DNA from: Candidatus Lokiarchaeum ossiferum
GTDB taxonomy: Archaea; Asgardarchaeota; Lokiarchaeia; Sigyniarchaeales; Promethearchaeaceae
NCBI GenBank assembly: GCA_025839675.1
Contig: CP104013.1
Span: 660,001 to 692,000 of the forward strand
Direction of reading: 5' to 3'
Length of the DNA stretch: 32,000 nucleotides
A program made the position numbers and the translations under genes. Within the stretch, counting starts at the first letter, position 1. Every line of letters begins with the position of its first letter. Positions 7,056 through 15,507 of the stretch are shown here, piece by piece. The notes beneath the pieces were generated by a model. That model did no database searches, had not been told where the DNA came from, and was given only the letters and a program-made list of their open reading frames with translations.

Positions 7056-8774
7056 ATGAATCGTCAAGAATTAATGACAATATCTAAATATTCCTATAAA
7101 GAAGCGTTCTTACAAGGCCAAATGGAACAAGCAGGAAGCAATTTATATTCGATTATGGAAAAAATGGAAAAAAATACAAAATATCTCCGCAATCAGAATA
7201 TTGCAATGAAAGTAGTAATGACAATCTACGTCTCTCTATTGATTTTTTCTCCGATTTCCGCATTTCTCAATGCGCGCGCATCCTTTGGTTTAGCATCCTA
7301 CCAATGGCGATTATTTTCAAGTGGCTTAGTAATGAACCTATTCTTTTTAATGCAATTTTTTTATATTCTGATGTTTGGCTTGTTTTTTGCATCTGGGATG
7401 TTGTCTGGTGAGGCATTTCGTTTCTTAAGTACACTCCCGATTCCAAAAAAGGATCTCCGAAAAATTAGTTATATGACTTTTCTTCGTGGAATCGACGCAC
7501 CTGCAATTGCACTATGTTTAGTCTTTCCATTTGCTGCGGCAATAATTACTCAAGATATATTTATTACTTTAATATGTTTGATTGTATCGATCTTGAATAC
7601 TATTTTCACTTTCAGTATTTTGATAATTATTGGAACCAAAATGCAAAAAATCCTTGCACCGAGTAATACACGTTCCCGAAAAGCCGATGTGATTCGAATA
7701 TTATGGTTAATTGGATATTTCATTGCAACAATAACATCAGCGGTCGGATTTCAGATCATATACGAAAATATAGAACCATTTTACTATACTGAGGGATTAA
7801 CTCTAATAACCACGACCATTTGGAATCAGATTCTACCTTGGATATCCTTTCCACTTAGCGGAGGATATTTAATCATGGAATTATTTATTGGCCCAACTCA
7901 CTTCTCTTTGCTAACTCTTGTTGCATCGATTGTTGGAGTGATTATTTTTGGAATATTAGATTATATTTTGACTCGTAAAGCCCTCAATATTTTAGATACA
8001 ATCGTGTATGGGAAAGATGGTGCTTTTGAAGAAGAATCTTATATAACCACTGTGGAGGATATTCAAATTACGATTGTATCACCGAAACAAGCTTATATTC
8101 GACGCGATATGAAATTAGTTCCTCGAGATATTCAGGTAATTATCATGAATATAATGCCCATATTATTTCCATTATTTGGGGTGATAATTGGAGCAGGTGT
8201 CGTGCGACCAGGAGATCCAGATGCAATCTTTGCAATTTTGGGTTTATCGCTTTTCTATTCAATCTTTGGTTCCATGATGGCTGCCATTGGGATGATGATG
8301 GTAGAATCCACGGGAACTACAATTATTCAATCTCTTCCAATTGTGGAGAGAGATCAAGCAAAAGCAAAGCTGCAATGGATTTGTGTAGTATTGCTAGCAT
8401 CTTTTGTCATCCCAGCAATTTCTATGATAGTGAGTCCGAATATGCGAGATTTGCTTAAATATATGGTCATTTTATGGCCATTGAGTTTCCTATTTGGCAT
8501 AGCAAATATAGAGTACTCGGCAGTAATCTTTGGAAAACTGAAATACAAGTATGTACTTACTGAAAAACCCAATATTCGCTACAAAACCTTGAAAACCGCA
8601 ACAATTTTTATACTCAATGCGATTTTTGCTATCGGATTAATTCTCGCTTCGATTGTAACAATTATGCATTTTGTCTACTGGCAATTTGCGTTAATATTCA
8701 TTGGAGGAGAAATAATTCTTCTATTTCTCTTGCTTCTTGGCTTCAATAAGCTATTTCCAAAGAAGAATTTTTGA
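7056..8774 (+). CDS. Large polytopic ABC exporter permease-like protein (572 aa, internally duplicated)
   Basis: Starts 13 nt after the ATPase stop, with GGAG 9 nt upstream (translational coupling). It has at least 12 hydrophobic helices. Two halves each carry an S-(x)-LPI-x3-D motif (LSTLPIPKKDLRK near aa 125; QSLPIVERDQAK near aa 428). Confidence 0.75.
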   Translation: MNRQELMTISKYSYKEAFLQGQMEQAGSNLYSIMEKMEKNTKYLRNQNIAMKVVMTIYVSLLIFSPISAFLNARASFGLASYQWRLFSSGLVMNLFFLMQFFYILMFGLFFASGMLSGEAFRFLSTLPIPKKDLRKISYMTFLRGIDAPAIALCLVFPFAAAIITQDIFITLICLIVSILNTIFTFSILIIIGTKMQKILAPSNTRSRKADVIRILWLIGYFIATITSAVGFQIIYENIEPFYYTEGLTLITTTIWNQILPWISFPLSGGYLIMELFIGPTHFSLLTLVASIVGVIIFGILDYILTRKALNILDTIVYGKDGAFEEESYITTVEDIQITIVSPKQAYIRRDMKLVPRDIQVIIMNIMPILFPLFGVIIGAGVVRPGDPDAIFAILGLSLFYSIFGSMMAAIGMMMVESTGTTIIQSLPIVERDQAKAKLQWICVVLLASFVIPAISMIVSPNMRDLLKYMVILWPLSFLFGIANIEYSAVIFGKLKYKYVLTEKPNIRYKTLKTATIFILNAIFAIGLILASIVTIMHFVYWQFALIFIGGEIILLFLLLLGFNKLFPKKNF

Positions 8775-8814
8775 GTTTTCTCGTATTTTTTTATCATTTC
8801 TATTTAATTTATCT

Positions 8815-8834
8815 AAAAGATGCGTTGATCTTTT
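8815..8834. terminator. Hairpin AAAAGAT-GCGTTG-ATCTTTT between convergent genes, preceded by oligo-T tracts
   Basis: A 7-bp perfect stem with a 6-nt loop, read directly. It sits between the permease stop (8774) and the stop of the minus-strand sensor gene (8833-8835). T-rich runs lie at 8786-8793. Confidence 0.35.
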
Positions 8835-10020
8835 AATCCAATTCATCCAATATCTTTTTTGAGCAATCTGGGCAATAACTATGTGTCAATTTTGCTTGAG
8901 AATGTTGGTCAATAAATTGTTCTAAATTATCCCAAGTTCCATCATCATTTCGAATTTTTTTACACGAAGCACACATGGGAAGAAAGCCAGAAAGAACTTT
9001 CATACGTTTTACGGTATCTTGGACTTTAACTTCCAAATTTTCAGTATAATCCTTCAACTGAAGTGTTATTTGGAAGCGCTCCGCCACTAAGGCCATTAAT
9101 AACAAATTTGTAAAAGCAATAATGAACAAATAAAATTGAGATAGAAGAACAGCCTGATCAATATCATTAGATGAGAAAGGAGCATCTCCATTGAGAATAC
9201 CATAAATCATTGATAAGGACACAAGAACCATATGATTAACAGCAATTTGCGGAGAAAAACGGAATACCGCCCAAATTATTAAAGGAAGAATTAAGTATTC
9301 AAAGTGATTAAAATCAATGGAAATTCCTACTCCAACTAAAATGATTAATTGAAAAACTATGCTTAGGCCTAAAAAGACGATCAATTCACCCACTTTGCGA
9401 TAATTATGCCAATCAATAGAGTTTGGATATGATTTTGTCAGAAATATTGGAGATATTATCAAAATTGCCGCCAGATCAGACAACCACCAACTAAACACTG
9501 ATGAAAAAAAAGCATCGACTGGTAGATAAGAGCCAAAAATTAATGCAGAACTGCCAATAATTCCTGCTGATAAACAAGAAAGTATAGCAACCAAAAGAAA
9601 TTTGATAAGAGATGACGGATGTATCAAAAAATCTTCCCTAATCCATTTCTTTTCAAAAGAAGTAGAAATAATAAATGGTTGAAGAGAATTACCGGAGGCA
9701 ATTAAAGCAACCACAATAATTAGTGAAAAGTTAATATTACCAATCATTGTCTTCATATTAACCAAGGCTTCGATGAACGTTCCAATCCAAATACCTATAA
9801 GATGAAATTTGGATTTCTTAAAAAGAAAAAGAAAAGTAAACCCGGCTGGCAAGTATAGTGGAAAAACAACATCGGTAGTGTCTTGAATTAAGATAAAACT
9901 AATCCTTCCAAGAAAAATGATGAATAAAGTGATAAAAATATTTGCTAAGACAATCTTCCCTGTTTTTGATAATTTCGTTTGATAAGAAATACGAATTTTG
10001 TTTAGCATAACAAGATCCAT
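8833..10020 (-). CDS. MASE1-like integral membrane sensor with short coiled coil and C-terminal Cys4 (CxxC...CPxC) motif
   Basis: About 10 TM helices. LPAGFTFLFLFKKSKFHLIGIWIGTFIEALVN and PLIIWAVFRFSPQIAVNHMVLVSL resemble MASE1 landmarks. The C-terminus is PMCASCKKIRNDDGTWDNLEQFIDQHSQAKLTHSYCPDCSKKIL. No kinase, GGDEF or other enzymatic output domain is present. Confidence 0.7.
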   Translation of the reverse strand: MDLVMLNKIRISYQTKLSKTGKIVLANIFITLFIIFLGRISFILIQDTTDVVFPLYLPAGFTFLFLFKKSKFHLIGIWIGTFIEALVNMKTMIGNINFSLIIVVALIASGNSLQPFIISTSFEKKWIREDFLIHPSSLIKFLLVAILSCLSAGIIGSSALIFGSYLPVDAFFSSVFSWWLSDLAAILIISPIFLTKSYPNSIDWHNYRKVGELIVFLGLSIVFQLIILVGVGISIDFNHFEYLILPLIIWAVFRFSPQIAVNHMVLVSLSMIYGILNGDAPFSSNDIDQAVLLSQFYLFIIAFTNLLLMALVAERFQITLQLKDYTENLEVKVQDTVKRMKVLSGFLPMCASCKKIRNDDGTWDNLEQFIDQHSQAKLTHSYCPDCSKKILDELD

Positions 10021-10275
10021 TGAATGAGGAAGCCTAAGTATATTTTTACTTGATAAAGATTTTTCAAATAGATCTTTTTACCGATGCTGGTATATGAAAT
10101 ACAGTACCATGTGAGTAATACACAATTGGGATGATCAAGAAAGTATGGAGAAATTATAAATCCCTATTTTCAGAACAACATGTCACCCATAATTTTTCAT
10201 GAAACAACGTATTCTCTTAATGACATCCACATCTTAATAAAAGCAAACATCGATTTTAGAGCGTTAAAAGCTAAA

Positions 10276-10920
10276 TTAATCCCAATTAGTAAATTTAGTA
10301 AATATTCCAAAGAATAGGTAGACCCAAAACTCAAACCAAAAGGTATTATTGGGAGGAGCAATCCCTTTAATCCTGCTTTCAAAAGCAGAAATCGTATTTC
10401 CAAAGAGATTCCCAAAGGTGATCATTTGGCAACAATTTAATATATCTTGGGCTTTATCTACACCATAAAATTTGATTATTGCATGTAAAGATTTGGAAGA
10501 TGGATGTTCATGGGATTCAGCATAATGCTGAGCAAAAGCTAAAGCAGGAGCTTCATCTATGGAAACTTCTTCAAAATCAAGACACGAAATTTGCCGTATA
10601 GATTCAGGATCAAGCCCCGATTCCAAAGCAACCTTAGAATGGAAATAATTACAGTAAACACACCCATTTACAGCTGTAACAGCCAGCATGATTTTTTCTT
10701 TAAATTCATCAGAAAGCCGGTTACCCTTCATTGTATCAAAGATGAGTTTTCTATGAGCAATAAAAGATTTCAAATAGTCCCGAAATGTCAAAAAACTGAA
10801 ATATCTCTTTGAAAACCTCGCTTTATTAATAATTGAGTTATTTTTCTGCAGAAGTATATTAGGAGGATTCAAACACCCAGGTTTTTGTAAAGGATCTTGA
10901 ATGAATTTTAGTGATTTCAT
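10276..10920 (-). CDS. Carboxymuconolactone decarboxylase / AhpD-like family protein with hydrophobic C-terminal tail
   Basis: KIMLAVTAVNGCVYCNYFHSKVALESGLD carries the CxxC..H core typical of the AhpD/CMD family. I prefer the ATG at 10920 (MKSLKFIQ...) over the track start at 10968. Confidence 0.75.
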   Translation of the reverse strand: MKSLKFIQDPLQKPGCLNPPNILLQKNNSIINKARFSKRYFSFLTFRDYLKSFIAHRKLIFDTMKGNRLSDEFKEKIMLAVTAVNGCVYCNYFHSKVALESGLDPESIRQISCLDFEEVSIDEAPALAFAQHYAESHEHPSSKSLHAIIKFYGVDKAQDILNCCQMITFGNLFGNTISAFESRIKGIAPPNNTFWFEFWVYLFFGIFTKFTNWD

Positions 10921-11221
10921 AGATTTCTCTAATACAAATAACTTTAAGACCATTAAAAAGCAGATCATTTTAAATTAAAAGTACTGTAACATATATGATG
11001 TAACATGCTAGGGAAAATTGTGCAGAATATCGGAACGAAAAGATGTAATATCTCCATGACATCGAATGTCGTGAAAGGATGGTTCTGCGACAAAGTAAGT
11101 ATCGTGGGATATCATCTGGAGACATAAGAAAGAAAGTTTGATGTTCTGATCATATATTTTTGAAAAATTAATGAAAAAAATCTCTCAAAGAATTTGTTGC
11201 ACTATTCAAGATAGAAAAAAA

Positions 11222-11812
11222 TTATGTCTTTCTACAAATAAATTCGCCTTTACCGATAGGAACGAGAATCGTATCAACTCTTTCATCAGATTCAGCAAAT
11301 TTTATCATAGGTTCAAGTGTTTCACGGTGATTGATCGCATTATCACAGACGAGTAATCCCCCAGGCACTAACTTCGGCACAATTTTGTTGTACACATCGA
11401 AATAGAGGTGTTTTTCGCAGTCTAAAAAGCAAAAAGCGACATTGTCGATAGATTCCAAATTAACTAAAGCATCTCCTTCCCGGAGATCTACCCACTTTTC
11501 AATCTTCGCAAGTTGAAACGTTTCTTTAGCCAATTCAATCTTTTCTTCCATTAATTCAAAAGTTATGATCTTTTGGTTTCGGATTTTTGCCGCGAGGGAG
11601 AGCCACATGGTCGAATATCCTGCACTCGTTCCCACTTCGGTTAAATTTCCTGCCGGTGAACTGCTCGCCATAATTGCCAAAAATTTCCCTGTTTCGGGTG
11701 GAATCTGGCGAAGTCGTTGTAATCGTGGAGTTCCATCTTCCCGATCAATGGCATCTTTTTCTTCTAAAACTTTCATTCGTGCCAAAATCTCTTCTGTGAT
11801 ATTGTGAAACAT
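11222..11812 (-). CDS. Class I SAM-dependent O-methyltransferase (family 3, CCoAOMT-like)
   Basis: The SAM-binding segment is [19 protein letters not shown], followed by [36 protein letters not shown], typical of O-methyltransferase family 3. Confidence 0.8.
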   Translation of the reverse strand: MFHNITEEILARMKVLEEKDAIDREDGTPRLQRLRQIPPETGKFLAIMASSSPAGNLTEVGTSAGYSTMWLSLAAKIRNQKIITFELMEEKIELAKETFQLAKIEKWVDLREGDALVNLESIDNVAFCFLDCEKHLYFDVYNKIVPKLVPGGLLVCDNAINHRETLEPMIKFAESDERVDTILVPIGKGEFICRKT

Positions 11813-11837
11813 TTAATGACATTTAGATGAAAACGCC

Positions 11838-11845
11838 TTTATAAA
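11838..11845 (-). promoter_or_regulatory. Archaeal-type TATA box TTTATAAA about 26-33 nt upstream of the O-methyltransferase ATG
   Basis: A palindromic TTTATAAA read directly. The spacing to the ATG (11810-11812) fits a leaderless or short-leader archaeal promoter. It is embedded in the 7-bp inverted repeat ACATTTA...TAAATGT. Confidence 0.4.
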
Positions 11846-12048
11846 TGTTTAAGAAGAACTTAGCAAAATGTTCATGAAAAATTAACTAACCATCTAATAA
11901 TACGAAAATCAGAACGATACTTCCTTTATGATGAAAATTAAATCAAAAAAATGAGTTTGTGACTAAAAAAAAATGTAAAAATGATAAAAAGAACATTTTC
12001 ACGGAATTAATAAAAAAAAAAATCTAAATATGATTAAAAAGGGATTTT

Positions 12049-13059
12049 TTATGATTTTTCGATACGATGGATGGGTGGAGGCATATCGATATTTTCTTCT
12101 TGATACTTAATCATTATCCGTTTTACTAATTCATCCTTCAATTTTGAAACTGTTTTAAAATCCTTCGATTTTAAAATAATATTCAAATCAATTGTGAAAT
12201 CTCCAATATTCTCCCATAATACAGCTGAATCCTTCGAATTATCACTAAAATCACTATTTTTCTGTATATCGTCAGCTAATTCTTTAGTAATTGAATAAAC
12301 ACGATTGATATCTTCATTTTGTGAAATCCCAAGCTTTAAAGAAACAGATTTGGGAAGATTATTTAAACTATAATTGGTAATGGGGGATGATATGAACATT
12401 ATATTCGGAATGAAAAAATAGTCATTGGAATAGGATCTTAAACGTGTCCCAGTCCATTTTATATCATCTACAAATCCTTTCGACCCTCCAATTTCAATAT
12501 AATCACCAATCGAAACGGGTTTAGTGGCAATTACGTATAAACCAGATAAAAATGATTCTAATGGGGTTTTTATGGCCAAACCAATTGCAATGCTTGAGAT
12601 TCCTAATGTTGCGATAAGAGGCGTTATGTCTATGTTGAATGAAGAAAGTAACATCATGATAGCGATAATAAAAATGATGAATTTTCCTAGTTTCAAGAGA
12701 ATGTTTGGTGTTTTTGATAATTTCTGCTTATATTTCTGATTTCTTATCAAAAAGGTTTCAAAAAGGCTTGAAAAAATAAATGACGACATAACAAATATTA
12801 ACATCTTACCGATGTTTACCACTGTATTTTTAACGGTTTCATCCTCGAAGCTACTTGCAAAAAAGAGTATCGCAACTATAGAGCTGAGTATAATAATTTG
12901 AAATAAAAATTTGCGGAACATTGCAGTTAATTGCGGATTTTCTCCTTTAAAAATGAGCTTTCTACTTATAAGAATTATAACTATGCTTGATAAAACCAGA
13001 ATTCCTATTTTCATAAGAAATTCAATTTCGAGTAATGTATCCCAATTTATTGTGAGCAT
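12049..13059 (-). CDS. Mechanosensitive ion channel, MscS family
   Basis: Three N-terminal TM helices followed by ATKPVSIGDYIEIGGSKGFVDDIKWTGTRLRSYSNDYFFIPNIMFISSPITNYS, the MscS beta-domain signature. The track start at 13074 is TTG; the first ATG is at 13059. Confidence 0.85.
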   Translation of the reverse strand: MLTINWDTLLEIEFLMKIGILVLSSIVIILISRKLIFKGENPQLTAMFRKFLFQIIILSSIVAILFFASSFEDETVKNTVVNIGKMLIFVMSSFIFSSLFETFLIRNQKYKQKLSKTPNILLKLGKFIIFIIAIMMLLSSFNIDITPLIATLGISSIAIGLAIKTPLESFLSGLYVIATKPVSIGDYIEIGGSKGFVDDIKWTGTRLRSYSNDYFFIPNIMFISSPITNYSLNNLPKSVSLKLGISQNEDINRVYSITKELADDIQKNSDFSDNSKDSAVLWENIGDFTIDLNIILKSKDFKTVSKLKDELVKRIMIKYQEENIDMPPPIHRIEKS

Positions 13060-13193
13060 ATCGTAGTGCACCAAGAAACGAAGTTGATTTTTTACAACTT
13101 GTTACATCAGTATGAAAGCACAACTCTTTTAATACTTCTTGTGACATAGACAATAAGAGTGTTTTAAATAGAAAAATTGAATGTGTGCTTCTA

Positions 13194-14633
13194 ATGTGGC
13201 TATCAACTTTAATCATATCCCTATGTTTCCTTGCAGTGATAGTACTCTTAGTTCTTGAGAAAGGGAATCGCGTTATACTTGCTATTTCAGGTGCGTTAAT
13301 TTGTTATCTTTCACTCGTATTTATAGAGAAGGAAACAGATTTCACTCTTTTTGTGGGATTTTTATTCGGAACGAGTGAAGATGGTTTTGTAAATATTCAT
13401 TCCCTATTATTGATTTTTGGGATGTCATTTATTATCCAAATTGTAAATAAAGCTGGAGTTTTCAAGTTCCTCGCTTTCAAATTGGTATTATTAGTAGCAG
13501 ATAAACCTAAATACCTGCTTTTCATAATGTGTAGCATAACAATGATCCTTTCAGCAATATTGAATAATATTTTAACTGTTATGATCATTATCCCTCTTAC
13601 TATTACGATTTCTCGTATTTTAAATATTGATCCTGAGCCTTTTATAATATCACAAGCAATTCTAGTTAATATTGGAGGGACGATGTTTTCAATTTCTTCA
13701 ATTCCAAATATTTTAATTGCTACCACGGCAGGTATCTCCTTCAATGACTTTTTCCTTAATGTAGGTATCATATCTATTGTAGTTTTCTTCTTCACAGTAG
13801 GATTATTCTATTTAATATATGAAAAAAAAATCAGGATCCCTACAGAGAACATAAAAATATTAAAAGAATTTAATCCTTGGAACTTTGTTGCGGATAAAAA
13901 ACTATTATTCAAATCATCCATAGTCCTAATTATTGTGATAATTTGTTTTATGGCAATTCCATCGACAATCTTGGCACCTGATATTATTTCCTTAATAGGG
14001 GCAATGGTTCTGGCAGTTATCTCAAAACTGGATCAAGAAAAATTACTTCAAAGTATTGACATTGAAATAATAATGTACCTTTTAGGCATTTTTATAATAG
14101 CAGGCTCGTTAGAATACACCGGTATTTTAAATTACGTAGGGACGTTTATCGGAGCGATTGGACAAGGAAATTCCTTTTTTACAATCCTTTTAATTCTCTG
14201 GACATCTGCAATTCTGAGTTCGACTATTGATAACATTCCAATTACAAAAGTACTTATTCCGGTGGTTGGACAAATTGGAGCACAGAATTCTTTGATCATA
14301 CAAGATAAAATGTTTTATGCTTTATCCTTTGGTGCAAATTGGGGAGATAATTTGACCCCGATGGGCGACAATATCTTAGTTATGAATCTTGCTGCAAAAA
14401 ATAAACGACCTTTGCGAATGAAAGAATTTTGGAAAGTCGGATTTATTACGACACTTTTTCAGCTTTATCTCTTAACCAGTTATTATGTATTCTTCTTGAA
14501 TAAATTCATAAGCATCCTAATGCTTATATTATTAATAGTTTTCATATTTCTGGTATATCTAAGAGCATATAATCCAAAACTATTTTTAAAAATTAATATA
14601 TTCAAGAAAAAGCAAAAAATTGAGGTAAAATAA
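13194..14633 (+). CDS. ArsB/NhaD (CitMHS) superfamily ion/anion permease
   Basis: FIMCSITMILSAILNNILTVMIIIPLTITISRILNIDPEPFIISQAILVNIGGTMFSISSIPNILIA and FGANWGDNLTPMGDNILV match hallmark hairpin regions of CitMHS/ArsB-NhaD permeases. The start is GTG 13185 (track) or ATG 13194. Confidence 0.85.
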   Translation: MWLSTLIISLCFLAVIVLLVLEKGNRVILAISGALICYLSLVFIEKETDFTLFVGFLFGTSEDGFVNIHSLLLIFGMSFIIQIVNKAGVFKFLAFKLVLLVADKPKYLLFIMCSITMILSAILNNILTVMIIIPLTITISRILNIDPEPFIISQAILVNIGGTMFSISSIPNILIATTAGISFNDFFLNVGIISIVVFFFTVGLFYLIYEKKIRIPTENIKILKEFNPWNFVADKKLLFKSSIVLIIVIICFMAIPSTILAPDIISLIGAMVLAVISKLDQEKLLQSIDIEIIMYLLGIFIIAGSLEYTGILNYVGTFIGAIGQGNSFFTILLILWTSAILSSTIDNIPITKVLIPVVGQIGAQNSLIIQDKMFYALSFGANWGDNLTPMGDNILVMNLAAKNKRPLRMKEFWKVGFITTLFQLYLLTSYYVFFLNKFISILMLILLIVFIFLVYLRAYNPKLFLKINIFKKKQKIEVK

Positions 14634-14635
14634 GC

Positions 14636-15028
14636 ATGGTTTTAAGAAATATGAAAAGTATCAAAGATTTGATCCATGGAGTAATCCATATAATGATGTT
14701 TTACAATAATGGAATTGTTTTTCAGACAACTTTTCCTTCTGAGAAGAATATTCCTTTAATTGGAGAGAAATTGTCACTTATAGTCAATCAAATGCAAAAT
14801 TTGATGAAAATGTATGATGAAAACGAATTATCCTATAAGAAATTAATCTATGAAACTGATAATTATATCATCGCAATAATAAAATTAGGAGAAGAGAGTA
14901 ATTTAGCATTACTATTGGATAATAGCCCAACAGACTCTTTGGAATTAAAAAAAATCAAAAAATTTATTGATAAGTTAGAAGAACTGATTGACATGGACAA
15001 AGAAGAATTGGTTCACGAGAATGCCTAA
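14636..15028 (+). CDS. Roadblock/LC7 (MglB-like) domain protein, 130 aa
   Basis: The ATG lies 2 nt after the permease stop, with GAGGT at 14623-14627. IKDLIHGVIHIMMFYNNGIVFQTTFP ... LIYETDNYIIAIIKLGEESNLALLLDNS follows the Roadblock alpha-beta-beta-alpha-beta-beta-beta pattern. The fold call is by eye. Confidence 0.6.
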   Translation: MVLRNMKSIKDLIHGVIHIMMFYNNGIVFQTTFPSEKNIPLIGEKLSLIVNQMQNLMKMYDENELSYKKLIYETDNYIIAIIKLGEESNLALLLDNSPTDSLELKKIKKFIDKLEELIDMDKEELVHENA

Positions 15029-15507
15029 TGCTCTCATCGGTTCCCTCCACTTTTTGTATTCACTTTTATTTTTTTATAACCGCCTCATTTTTGAACATTC
15101 TAATATTACTGAGAACAATTTTTCTCTCATATTCTTAAAACTTCACATAATCCTGAGAAGAAATTCAAAATATTTAAATAAAAGTTCAATACAATAGAAT
15201 TCAAACTCGAGAAACATTTAAAGTGAAGTATTTATTCCTTAATTTGGTTATTTTACATAAAGCCTCAAAATATGAAAAAATATTCATTTTCGCTTAGTAA
15301 TTGATTTGAAATTAAAATATACATCTTTTTTTTATTATATAGGTTGTAAATTCGCCCTTCCCGATTCTCATTGTTCAATTTTGACTCCCAAATTCCCAAT
15401 AGGTCAACACTTTGGATAATATTTCGTGGTCGTGGTTAGAATGTTAGTGAAATACTCCCTTGTGGGATTTATATGAAGTTTGATTAATAAACAAAGATGA
15501 TTAAAAG

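Noticed and set aside
10197-10415. A 72-aa hydrophobic ORF overlapping the 3' end of the AhpD/CMD-like gene, which could indicate a frameshift extending that gene.
   Set aside because: The annotated frame already continues through a plausible hydrophobic tail (FWFEFWVYLFFGIF) to its own stop. I cannot show that the alternative frame matches homologs better. Without alignments, a frameshift claim is unsupported.
10969-11221. A possible small structured RNA (C/D-box-like AUGAUGU at about 11005, CUGA at about 11146, and the hairpin GACAT-CGA-ATGTC at about 11058-11070) in a slightly GC-richer intergenic region.
   Set aside because: The box spacing of about 140 nt is far too long for an archaeal C/D sRNA. 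No C'/D' pair or terminal stem could be found. The hairpin is only 5 bp.
14988-15197. A 69-aa ORF overlapping the end of the Roadblock-like gene.
   Set aside because: It overlaps the better-supported ORF out of frame and runs into a T-rich terminator-like region. It has no recognisable motif.
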